Assembly: GCA_013239625.1 (NCBI GenBank)
Contig: MU054212.1
Span: 8,189,412-8,253,411 of the forward strand
DNA: 64,000 bases
Source: Lama guanicoe
Taxonomy: Eukaryota
Direction: 5' to 3'
The notes under the pieces were generated by a model, which saw only the letters and a list, made by a program, of their open reading frames with translations, was not told the origin of the DNA and searched no databases. Every line of letters begins with the position of its first letter. Positions within the stretch are counted from its first letter, which is position 1. The translations under genes and the position numbers were made by a program. Below are positions 1 to 11,600 of the stretch, piece after piece.

Positions 1-1224
1 GCAGGTCACGAACAGAGAACTTTCACATCTTTAACTGCAATTTGCTGCAGCCTTATAAGATTCGGACAAAGGTTTTACACCACATGAATCAGTAAAAACT
101 TGAGGGCATGTATCAGATGAGAGCCCAACCACGTGGTTTGACAAGGCTTTTTAATATATCTGCTGATACTCTTAGAAATCCATCTGCCAAAATAATGATT
201 GCTGGCTTATTTCTTTTTCTATAAAAGAAAGGAGATGAAAATGTCCTTTGACAGCTTCCTCTGGCTGTGGAGAAGGGCAGGGACGGGGTGCTTTCAGCAC
301 TCGGCATAACTCACAGAAGCTTCTCTGTCTGTGTCTGCGGGAGTTGAAATCTTCCCGCTGGTTCTTCCTCCGTTTCCTCTTCACGGAATCAGTTTGAAAG
401 CTATTTGTCTTTGAGACTTGTTTAAAATATGAATTAAAATTTTCTGACATAACTCCAAGCAGCGGGAAGGAGCGGGAAGCTCAGCTGAGGACTGTGGGAA
501 TTCCAAGGAACGTGCTCTGAACTCGTGGAAACCAGATTTCTCAATTCCGCATCTTAATTTTTGCATTTGTGACTCGGGGCAGGTGAAGTAGACAGTGTCC
601 TAAGTCTGCTTTCACAGAGTGAAACAATATTGTGGTAACCAAAGCTATCAAGCTGCTGTTCATGCCAGGAATGTGAAAGATGCTATGAAAACAGCACATA
701 GCTCCTGCTAATTTCAGCCTATTTTTGTTGGATTAGAAAAATGCAGCTGAAGTTGGGGATTTTAAATTCCTTTAAAATGTTAATATTCCAAAGCATCATT
801 TCACAGTTGCCATGAAGCTCTTCAAGCCTCGTGTTTGCATAGGTAGAAAGATTCCTGCTAACGTACTGGAAATATGTAAGCCTCACTTTTCTTGTTAGGA
901 AGCCCTGATTTCCCAAAGGGGATCACTGCCTTCAGCATGAGGCTTGAGCTTTGGTAACAGATGCCGCTCTGCAGTGGGATCAGTTCAAGGAAAGACAGAA
1001 TTGAATGCAAAAACAGAGCTGGAGTGATCATTGTGTAAGAACAATATTCTACCAGGAAGGATCTTTAATAGTTGCTGAAGATGACAGAAAATACAGTTTT
1101 GTTGCTGACTGTATCAATACCAGGAGCTCAAAGAGGAGCTCCTGGAAGATGGGATTCCCAGGACTGGAATCAGGGGAGGGCGTGAGCGGCTGCTCCTGGG
1201 AGTGCCCCTCCAGGTGTGGCTGTG

Positions 1225-1292
1225 CACTTCCGTCTCCCATAGCAACCGCGCGAATGTCGGCGATGGCTGCAAGCGAGAACGCTGGCGGAAGT
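1225..1292. promoter_or_regulatory. Candidate intronic element: ETS site, RFX X-box, second ETS site
   Basis: CACTTCCG (1225-1232), GTCTCCCATAGCAAC (1232-1246) and GGCGGAAGT (1284-1292) in a local CpG cluster. Motif match only. Confidence 0.45.
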
Positions 1293-1654
1293 CTTAGTCA
1301 TATGAGGATGAAATACATTGTCATCTCTTAATTAGCAGAATTATCAAGTATCCCTTGAAAGAGAAGTTGGTGAAGGACTATGAATTAGAGAATCATCTAA
1401 TTTTAGAGCGTAGAGATCTGTCCAGATCGGACATTTTGCAGACAGGAATACTTCTGGCTTAGAAGGGTGTGATGACGTGCCATAGACTGTTCAGGATGAT
1501 CGAGGCTTAGATCCAAGGACTAACAGTCTGGTCCTTTATCCTCCCCACCCTTGCCCCCTCCCCTCATCCCCATTGATACTAGCTTGAGAGAATACGCTTT
1601 TTTTTTTTACAGAGCAATTACCTTGTAATGATTTCTGTGATAAAAGGTATAATT

Positions 1655-1699
1655 GATTGACACATTGTAAACTGACTATACTTCAGGTTTTTTTTTAAA
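1655..1699 (+). mobile_element. Extremely 5'-truncated L1 3' tip (~45 bp) with 13-bp TSD
   Basis: gattgacacattgtaaactgactatacttca resembles the L1 termini at ~23870-23900 and (inverted) ~21140-21170. Flanked by AAAAGGTATAATT (1642-1654) and AAAAGGTGTAATT (1700-1712). Confidence 0.75.
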
Positions 1700-2229
1700 A
1701 AAAGGTGTAATTACATAGATGTGTCCAGTAGATAGCAGTTGTCACTCTTCTGACTCTTCCCCAGTACCAGATAAGAATGTGGGAAGGTGGAAAGTTGTAA
1801 CTAAATACAGTGACACAGGCATTTCTGTGAGAAAATCAGGTGGGCAATTTTGAGGAGCTGTTCGTGGCAGAACCCAAAATAGCTTGATGTCTTCTCTACA
1901 GTCTGTGGCAGGTACTGTGAGATCTTGTCAGCAGTGAGATATTATGTAGAGACAAAATTCCTGAATTTATTTACACATATGTACACTATATGTATATGTA
2001 TTATGAGTATGTATACTCATATAAAATCATGATATTAGGGCAGATCAATGAGCTGTCTGTCCAGCCCAGGAGTCTGCTATGAATAGGAAATGGTCTGATG
2101 GACGCCCCTCCCGTCAGTCTGAAAGGTTCACATGTTCTCTTGAAGTTTCCTGTGTGACTCCTTACAGAATTTTCATCTAGAAAATTTTCTGAACTCTTTG
2201 AACCTTTAAAATTGTTTAATTCCTAGAAG

Positions 2230-2350
2230 CAGCATAGAGAAGAAGAGAAAAATTTTTAGAACGGAGTGTAAATCCCACTTTTGTTACTTATTAGCTGAAT
2301 GACTTTCTGAGCCTTATTCCCAAATCTGTAAAACAGAGTGTTGATAATTA
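2230..2350 (+). mobile_element. MIR SINE fragment
   Basis: aaatcccacttttgttacttattagctgaatgactttctgagccttattcccaaatctgtaaaac is a degenerate MIR core. Confidence 0.55.
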
Positions 2351-3204
2351 AAAGGACTTTCCACTGTGGGTTTCAGAATGTTAAAAATAGATACGAGAGC
2401 TTTAACAGATTTTACACAAATGTAGGTGTGTTCATTTCTCATATTTCTTGGCTTAATATAATCCATACATTTGTTATTATTAAATCATATGTCCTTTTTA
2501 TCTGAAAATTTCCTTTTTAAAATGTCAGTTTTCCTTGATATTCTGCTATTGAAGTCCTGGGGTCTGGTGAAACTGAGACTGTATCTTCTCATGCTTTTCA
2601 TGATTTCAGTGACTTAAATCATATATCCTCTGATCTTTTTCGTACAGATATTCATTTTTGGTTCTGCCTTCATCCAGTGCACCATCTGTGCATTTTGGAT
2701 TTCTGTCCCCAAACTTTCAGCTCCATAATGTTGCTTTGGATATAGAACAGCTGAAACCACTCTCAAGGCCATTGGTGTGGGCCACACACGGCACTACACA
2801 CAGACAGAATGTCTCCCTTTTTTCTACTGATTTCTGGATAATTTCCAGCACCTTGTTGGCCTTCAGTTAGCACCTTGCGCGGACAGGCTTACAGCATAGT
2901 CCATCACAAGTAATCTCTTGGATTGCTTTTACCTTGGTATGATATCTAATATTTAGCCTTTTGAAGCTTATCTTTCACTTTTCTGCAGACTGATACCCAG
3001 AGTGGCTCGGTTTTGGTTAGGTTTTGGTTTTGTTTTGCTTTTAATGTACATATACCCCATTAATTCTTAAGAGACGATAGAGCAACTCTTCCGGCAGTGC
3101 CTCTTATTCGGGACTTTGGTAATGTTAGAATTTTATTATTTACCAGGTTTGCTTTGGTTTGGTTTGTGGTTCAACTGCTACACCCTGAGAGCTTAGGTCA
3201 TTAA

Positions 3205-3610
3205 CCAGCTACTTAGTGAAGCCCACACTGTGCCAGGTCCTGTGTTCTGGGCTTGGATACACAGGAGACCAAGATAGATTAGGTGCAGACTCTCTTGAGG
3301 AAGGTGGGTGTCAACCACAAACCAACAGTCAGCAGACACAGAACATAGAGTGACTGGAGGGTCACTTCAGATGGCGTGGTTGGGGGTGCCTCTCTGAGGA
3401 GGTGACGCGGCGCCCCGATCTAAATAGCAGGTGGCACATGAGGTAACAAGGAAGACCATGTGACGGGAGCTTCCTAAGGGGAAATGAGGCTAGGGAGAGG
3501 TGGACAGAGGCCTGGTCACAGGACACTGCAGGCGAGGGAAGGAGCTTGGACTTTGTAGTGGTTTCATAGGAACCCCTGTAGTAGCCTTAGCAAGAGGGGT
3601 GGTTCATGAT
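3205..3610 (-). mobile_element. L2 LINE 3' fragment
   Basis: cccacactgtgccaggtcctgtgttctgggcttggatacac and cctctctgaggaggtgac match the reverse complement of the L2 3' end. Confidence 0.65.
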
Positions 3611-3912
3611 CTAGATAATGGGTAACCTTGGCACAATTTGATGAAAATGGGATGTGTGCACAACGCAGCCCACATGATTGTAAGATTAATGAAATGACCC
3701 CAAAATCTGTACACCTGCCAATGAGGAGCATTCTGATTTGCAGCTGGCCAGACTTCCAGGGCAATGGCAGTGATTCCTGAATTTTCAAGTTGGTTGGTAC
3801 CCATTTTGTCTACTTAAGGAATAAAATACAGAATTTCAAGAAGAAAGGAGTGGTCATCACAGCCAAATACTATTCGGAGGTTGAGTTGGATGAAGAAAGA
3901 AAAGTGACTGTT

Positions 3913-4099
3913 GGGGGAGAGGATGTATATAGCTCAAGTTGTAGAGCATTAGCTTAGCGTGCATGAGGTCCTGGGTTCAATCCCCAGTACCTCCTCTAAG
4001 CATAAGTAAATAAACAAACCTAATTACCTCTCCCCACCAAAAAAAAAAAGGGGGGGGGGGGGGAAAAAAAAAAAAAAAAGAAAACAAAAGAAAAGAGAG
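3913..4099 (+). mobile_element. tRNA-Ala-derived SINE (camelid Vic-1-like) inserted in an L2 relic
   Basis: A box tagctcaagttgtagagc, B box gggttcaatcccc, A-rich tail. TSD agaaaagtgactgtt (3898-3912) / agaaaatgactgtt (4100-4113). Confidence 0.85.
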
Positions 4100-5129
4100 A
4101 GAAAATGACTGTTAAATTCAGGAACAGAAACTACTGATGGCCTTGACCAGAACATGGTGAGACTGAAAGACAATTTGAATTGGTCTGAGTGGTGGATGAA
4201 ACAGTAGAAACAGAGACAGTTTTGGCAAGTTTTGCTGTGCACAGGAGGAGATACATGGCACAGTAGCTAATGGATCATGTGGAATTAAGGAAGTTTTTTT
4301 TTTCTTATTTTGTCAAAGTCAAATGATATTAGAGCCTGTTTGCACACATTAAAAATAGTCTGTACAGAGAGAAAGTGCCATTGCAAGAGACTGTGAGGAT
4401 AGTTGCAGGGGTGAAATCAACGAGAAGGTGAGAAGAGGTGAGATCCAGAGTACACGTGGAGGGTCAGCCTTTGATGGGAATCCGAGCACAACAGCCTTGT
4501 CCAGCTGAGGCCTGAGTGTGGTTTCCTGCCCCAACAAAAACGCCTGATGATGTTCTTAGTAGCAGCAGTTAGTGTCAAGTTATCCTTTTCACGATGTCTC
4601 TTCTGAGCACTAGAGATTTGGGGAACAGAAGTTGAAAATGCCCCAGTGGACATACCTGGAGGCAACAAGAAACAGATGATCTTTAACATAGTTCCCAAAG
4701 TCAATAAGATATTTCTTAAAAATTCTCAGGGGCTCCTTTGATTCTAGAAAGTATGACATATGATTTTATACCTAAATGATCATGCAGTCACTTACTGGAA
4801 ATACTAATGTGATCTACCCTTTCTTCATTATTTATTGGGGAAAAAATCAGCTTATTTGATGCTCACATGGCTCTGAAATGCATGGGGAAGGTGTGGAAAG
4901 CCCAGAACATAGGTAGCAAATGGTGCAGTTAGGATTCTAACTGAATCTTTTTTTTTTTTTAACTTTAGTGCTCAAGCTTTTAGACCCTCAAAAAAATATG
5001 GAAGGTTTCCCATATTTTTAATTTATTTTTTAAATTTAAAAGAACCATAAGAAAATAAGACAAAAGTACACAAAAAATGTTGCACACAGTCTAACTTACA
5101 AGTTTGTGAATCTAAACCAGCACTGTAAT

Positions 5130-5423
5130 GAAAACCAAGTAAGACTTAGTCCAGGAATGCAAAGATGATTCAACGTTAGGAAATCAGTGACAGTGATTGA
5201 TCATGTTAATCAAAGGAGGAAAACATTTTGTGCTCTCCATGGTAATTAAAAAGATGATTGATATGTATCTTTTATATTCCTTATGTATATATGATACAAC
5301 AGATGCATTTTATGCATTGATTTCTCCCTAGAAAACCAAAGAGAAGTAACTGAAAATTTATTAGAACTCAGGAGTAATAACTGTGTAACAATAAAAATAG
5401 ATGTTCAAAAATCAGTAGTTTTC
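5130..5423 (+). mobile_element. Ancient L1 ORF2 (RT region) relic, continuing at ~8020-8330 and ~8830-9160
   Basis: ccaggaatgcaaagatgattcaacgttaggaaatca is a decayed PGMQGWFNIRKS; ctagaaaaccaaagagaa...ttattagaactc is a decayed LENPKES..LLEL; resumes as gttttctatatgcc after the younger L1. Confidence 0.6.
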
Positions 5424-8000
5424 AGCAATCTAGATGAAATTGAACACCTAGAAAGATATAAACTACTAAAACTTAAAAATAGAAGTTCTGAATAGACCTA
5501 TTTAACAAGAAATTGAATAAGTTTTTTTTTAAATTTCACAAAAAGCCCAGGCCCAGAAGACTTAATGGTGAATTCTACCAAATATTTAGCAAAAAATTAA
5601 CACCAATCCTTTACAAACTCTCCCAGAAAGTAAAAGAGGGGGGAACACTTTCCAGCTCATTCCATGAGATCAAGTATTACCCTGAGACCAAAACCAAACA
5701 AAGATGTCACAAGATAACTATAGACCAGTATCCCTTATGAATATAGACTCAAAAATCCTCAGCAAAATACCAGTGGAATAAATCCAACAACATATAAAAA
5801 GGATTATACACCATGATCAAATGGGATTAATACAAGGTTGTTGTAACATATGAAAAGCACCAGTGTAATACACCGCAGTAATAGAATAAAGGACAAAAGC
5901 CCCATGATAATCTCGGTGGATGTAAAAAAAAGCATTTGACAAAATCCAATACCCTTTCATGATAAAAACACGAGGACTGAAGGGGAACTTCCTCATTCTG
6001 ATAATGCTGTCTATGAAAAGCCTGTAGCTAGTATCATCCTCATCTAATGATTAATTAGATGCTTTCCCCGGAAGGCCAGGAACAAGGCAGGATGCTCATT
6101 CTCAGCACTTCTATTCAACATTGTACTAGAGGTTCTAGCCAGGGCAGTTGGGCAAGAAAACAAAATGAGGTATTCAGCGTGGAAAGGAAGAAGGAAAACT
6201 ATCTCTGTTTGCAGATGTCATGATCTTGTATGTAAAAAAAAAACCCTAAGAAACCAACAACAACAAAAAAAAACTACTTTAATAAGTAAGTTAAGCAATA
6301 AATTTAACCAAGTAAGTGTAAGGCTCGTATACTAAAAACTTTAAAATATCATTGGAGGAATGTAAATAAGTAGAAAGACATCTCATGGTCGTGGATTAGA
6401 AAACTTAATACTGTTAAGATGGCAGTACCCCAAATTAAACTCCGGATGCAATTCAGTCCCTATCAAATCTCAGCGACCTTTTTACACAAATTGATGAGCT
6501 GATTCTAAGATTAATAGATAACTGCATGGGACTCAGAATAGCTGAAACAATCTTGAAAAGGAAGAACAAAGTTGGAGGACTTCTACTTTTGATTTCAAAA
6601 CTGACCACAACCCTGCAATAATCAAGACACAGTGTGCTACTGGATGTAGACATGGGACAGAACTGAGAGTCAAGAAGTAAAGCCATATATGTATACTTAA
6701 TTGATTCCAACAACAGTGCCAGAATAATTAGATACTGCTGGGACAACTGAATGGTCACATGTAAAATGATGAAGTTTGAACCCAAACCTCACACAATATA
6801 CAAGAAATAATTGAAAATGGGTCATTGACCTAAATGTAAGAATTAAAAATACAACTTTTAGAAGAAAAGTAGGTGTAAATTATTATGCATTTAGATTAAG
6901 TAGTGATTTTTTTAGATAAGACAAAAGCCAGGTAACAAAAGAAAAAATAAATTGTAGTTTATTAAAATTTTGTGCTTCAAAGAATACCATCAAGAAAAAG
7001 TCCACAGAAATGGGAAAAAATACTTACAAATCAGATATCTGATAAGAGATTTATATCTGAAATGTAGAAAGAACTCTTAACAACTCACAGTAAAAAGGCA
7101 TTTAACCCAATTTAAAAATGGGCAAAGGAATTGCATAAATATGTCTCCAAGGGAGATACACAAATGGCCAAAAAGCATATGAGAAAGATGTTCTACATCA
7201 TTAGTCTAGGGAAACCAAATCAAAGTTTACACCCAGTAGGATGGCTAGAACCGAAAAGACAGTGAGCACTGATGAAGATGTGGAGAAATTGGAACCCTCA
7301 TACGTTGCTGGTGGAAATGTTATATGGTGCACTTGCTTTGGAAAACAGTTTGGCAGTTCCTCAAAATGTTAAACACAGAGGTACTATATTTAACTCCTAG
7401 GTGTTTCCCAAGAGGAGTGAAAACGAATGCTCACACAAAATCTTGTACATGAATATTCGTAGCAGTGTTGCTCATAATAGCCCCAAAGTGAAAACAACCC
7501 AGATGTTCGTTGACTGCTGAGTGGATCAATAAAATGTGGTGTTTTCATACAATGGAGTATTACTCAGCCATAAAAAGGAATATGAAGTTCTGGTCCATGC
7601 CACAACATGGCTGAACCTTGGGTTTTTTTTGAGATTTTGCTAAATGAGTGAAACCAGACACAAAGACCATGTACGTTTATATGATTGCAAAATGTTCAGA
7701 AAAGGCAAATCCATGGGACAGAAGATAGACTAGAGGTTACCAGGGCTTGAGGAGAGGAGAGAATCTAGACTGACTGCTAATGGGTGTAGGTTTGGGTTGG
7801 GGGTAGTGAAAATTCCTCTAATTCCTAATTCTAATCTAATTCCTCTAATTGGAGGTAATCTGATTCCTCTGGAATTAGTCCTGATGGATGCATGATTCGG
7901 TGACTATATTAAAAATCACTGAACTGTATACTTTAAAAGATTGAACTTTATGGTATGTGAATTATATCTCAGAAAAGTTCTGTTATTACATAGTTAAATA
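5424..8000 (+). mobile_element. Old L1 (L1MB-like), 3' part of ORF2 plus 3'UTR, degenerate
   Basis: ORF 5513..5740 (GEFYQIFSKKLTPILYKLSQKVKEGGTLSSSFHE) resembles L1 ORF2p; ctctgtttgcagatgtcatgatc near 6205 is the decayed FADDM RT motif; terminus tggtatgtgaattatatctca. Many stops and frameshifts. Confidence 0.9.
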
Positions 8001-8335
8001 AATGACTAATTTTTAAAGAATTGTTTTCTATATGCCGTGAATGACAAATTCAAGAATATAATGGGAAGAATTAAATGCATGCCAACATTTAAGAAAATTT
8101 GAGGAAAAAGAGAGGAGAAATTATTCTACAGATAATAATATAGTATTTCAGTGATAAAGAATGTGAAACTGTCATGGGGACAGACCCCTCCCCCCCCGCA
8201 AAAAAAAAGAAATTCAAGTCTAAAAAGCGATCTCAATTGCATGTATTAGGGAAGTCATAGATAGTAACGAGAGTGATTCCTCAGTGGGAAAAGTACAGAT
8301 TATTTATGAAATGGTGGTGTTCAACACGTAGCTAA

Positions 8336-8819
8336 CTTTCTCAGTCCGTATTTGGGGTTGAAAATTGCAGAAAATAGTTCTGGCATGTTTAAGCAGAGAC
8401 ACATTTACAGAAGGGATATTGGGCAGCTCAGAGTCAGTGGGAATCCAAGTTCAGAAGATGCCAGCAACCAAGAGATGCTAAGAAGCTAGGAATAGGGCCT
8501 CCCTCAAGCCACTGGAGAGGATGGTTAGGATGCTGCCGTGCTGCTGAAGCTGTTATGGGACGTGAGATCCCACCACTGACACCATGACCAAATTCGAATG
8601 GCCCTTGTGTGTTTCAGTCACTCTGTGAAGATTCTGAGACCCAGGCAGGAGCATCCACAGGCAGAGCCTCGGTCACAGGCCTGTATCTTTACTGCTGGGG
8701 GTGGGGAAAGGGATGTCTGCCCACCTTCGTACGGTGGTGGGAGGCAGGGCCCTGTTGCATCAACTCAGAAAGGAAGGTGTCCAAATGCTGGGGAGCCAAA
8801 AATGACATTTCCACTAACA
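8336..8819 (-). mobile_element. MaLR solo LTR (MLT1K/L-like)
   Basis: ttaagcagagacacatttacagaagggatattgggcagctca and terminus aaaatgacatttccactaaca match old MLT1 LTRs in reverse orientation. Confidence 0.55.
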
Positions 8820-10120
8820 TTTGGAATAGCTAAAATTAGAACCATCCTTTACATCACAGACCAAAATAAATTCTACATGGATTCAGAATGTAAATGTGAA
8901 ACTTGAGACCATAAAAGTACTTAAAGAAAATGCACATGAATATTTATGTAATCTTGGTTTGGGAAAGTTGCTAAGCGTGATATAAAAATCAGAAGGCCAT
9001 TAAAAATGTCAGTAGAGAATATTTAATAATCTGGAAAGGGAATCATGCTCTGTTAAATTAAAAAAAAAAAGGTATATGCTAGAATATTAACAGTGGTTTT
9101 CTCTAGATGGTGAGACCAGAGATGATTTTTCATTCCTTCCTTTGCTCCCTATTTAATTTTTTTTTTCAAAAGCTGTTTTTCCTTTTTAAATTTAGAAGGT
9201 GAGCGATTTGGTTGCTGGGTTTATAAGAATACACAGATATCAGTGTCTGCAAAATTAAATTTTATGCTAAACACTGCAAAAGTGAAAGTAACTCTTGAGA
9301 GCAGGTGATGAGACAGTTCTGTTTAGACACTCCCATCTTTAAAAAAAAAATAATATGAAGTGGCTGTTAGAATTTGTGCCGACTGGTAGCACTTCAAAAG
9401 GAGGGTCTGAATAATTGGATGACTATGAGAATGCACCCCCCACCCCAGGATCATGATGCTTCTCTTACCTCCCCCAGTGTTTTTTGTTTTGGTGTGCTTT
9501 ATTTTGTCTTGTTTTTAAGAGAACCCATCTGCTTGACTGCAAAAGTACCAGTTTGTACTCAGGGTATTGGCATCTAAGGGAAGCATCGTAGATGCCAAGA
9601 GTCTGGGGGTGATATTTATTGTGGCCTGTATTTCATCAGTTTATGCTCTTCCCTACAAACAGTGAGTTGCCCCACCATTTCCTGTTCTAGCAGCCCTTAC
9701 CTCCTTGATATCTTCTTCCCTCTTTTGGGTTCCTATGTCAGTCAAGGATGCTCAACATCTATTTGACATAAGGACCGAGTGGGTTCTTCGTATGTAAAGG
9801 TGGGTCGTCTGAATGGAATGAAAGATTTCTCACAGATACCACTTGATACCATAAGAAGGAGGGGAGCCCTTTATGTTCAGAAAGGCATGTCATTGGCACA
9901 TTACAGAAACAGACCAAGAGGTATGAAGACGCGAAGAAGGAAAGAGACTGTTCCCAGTCTTACCACTCAATTGCTTTTCTTCCTTGTCAAAGGAAAATTA
10001 TTCTGGTTTTAAGTTTCTTTTTCTAAATGCCTTTAGTCTTTACTATTAAGAAGATATGAATCAGTATGTATGATCTTTCTGGGGTTTTCTAGTTGAAATT
10101 GTCATGATGTAAGAGTTCCT

Positions 10121-10161
10121 CACACACATACACACACACACAAATATATATATATATATAT
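10121..10161. repeat. Compound (CA)n(TA)n microsatellite
   Basis: cacacacatacacacacacacaaatatatatatatatatat read directly. Confidence 0.9.
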
Positions 10162-10923
10162 GTGTATGAAAGATTTACTAATAATGTCCCTTTCCTATGA
10201 CCATTTCCTTGGGGAACTCATTGAACATTTCTGTTGTTTTTATTTCTCAGTCATGAATGGCATGGCTCTGAACTTCCATAAGTTTCAGAATCTCCATGTC
10301 TCCAGCCTTCACGTTAATATAGGAACCCCATTGCTCTGGACTGGAATTAAATTGGTATAGAACTGTTTTTGGTAATAAAAAGTTTAGTTAGTTTCACCTA
10401 AGTCATTTTGCAAGATGGATATAAAACAGCTTGGGTGGCATACGTGGTTTTTTTTTTGAGCTCCATATTTCATGAGAACTTTTGTAGTTTTCTCATGTTG
10501 ACATTTTCTGCTCTTTTTCTCTTAATGTTTTAATGATTTGGAGTGGGAAGCAGCTCAATGGAAAGGAAAATGTGTTCCTTTTTTTTTCTGCTAGAAGTTA
10601 AGAAGAGTTGTTCTCACTCTGATTTCCTTGGTGTTAAAGGATGAAGTTCTGTTCATTGTTCGTGGAATCTGGTGATGCTCTGGTGAACAGTGTCAGTTCT
10701 ACAGTGGTTAGGGATGGCGATGTGGCAGGAACTGCATGAAGGCACTGTCCTTGCCCTCCAGCGCCCAGCCCTGCTGGACAAGGAGGTGTAAATGCACTGA
10801 GGAGGGGAGCACACGTGGCCAGGAGGGCTGAGGGCTGAGAGCTCCCTCCTGCCCAGCAGGCAATCCTCAGCCGCACGTGGTGCAGCCACACTCAACACCA
10901 TCCCTGTTCTTGTCTCTTTCCAG

Positions 10924-11069
10924 GAGCCGCCTACTGCCAGTTCATGGACATGCTCTTTCCAGGCTGCATCAGTTTGAAGAAAGTAAAATTTCAAGCAAAG
11001 TTGGAGCACGAGTACATTCACAACTTTAAGCTTCTGCAAGCGTCGTTTAAGCGAATGAACGTGGATAAG
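10924..11069 (+). CDS. MAPRE2: MAPRE2 (EB2) internal coding exon, 146 nt, CH domain (first in-window exon; 5' exons lie upstream)
   Basis: Pyrimidine tract ttcttgtctctttccag, then (G)GA GCC GCC TAC... translating [49 protein letters not shown], then AAG|gtagga. This is the recognisable EB-family calponin-homology sequence, EB2 type. Missed by the ORF track. Confidence 0.97.
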
Positions 11070-11409
11070 GTAGGAGACTAACTTCTACCTCCATGAAATG
11101 CGTTGTCTTTGCTTAAAATTGTTTTCATGCAGAAATACAAAAAATCCAAAAACGTTATCAATGGGATATATCTGGTTATCGCCACAGTAGGTTGGGTTCT
11201 GTCCATAGTATAAAGCATCAACCCTCGCTTCCCATATTTGGATGAGGTTTTTATTTAATGAGTTTTCTAAACTTGTAGCCATTGGACTAAAAACTAACAG
11301 AAATGATGAATGTTAAAATGTTGTTATTCCATATTAGCATTACAGCTGAGAAATTTTTATGTTTGCCAGATGCCACTGTGGTTCTTTGTGTGTTTTGTTT
11401 ATTTGAAGA

Positions 11410-11600
11410 AACGGTGTATTACAGTAGAAATGGCATGGGTTTGAATCCCAGCATTATGACTTGTGCAAGTTATTTAAATTCTTTGAGTCTGAGTTTACTC
11501 ATCTGTAAAATGGGACTAAAACCCCCTTCCTTGTGGTTATGAAGTTAAAGTGAGGGACTGCGTGTCAGTGTCCAATGTATACACTCAGATTCTCATTCGG
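11410..11600 (+). mobile_element. MIR SINE
   Basis: gggtttgaatcccagc...gcaagttatttaaattctttgagtctgagtttactcatctgtaaaatggga matches the MIR core. Confidence 0.8.

Noticed and set aside
5513..6785. Functional reverse transcriptase gene or active L1
   Set aside because: ORF2 is fragmented by stops, frameshifts and deletions, the catalytic motif is altered (FADVM), and the 5' end is missing.
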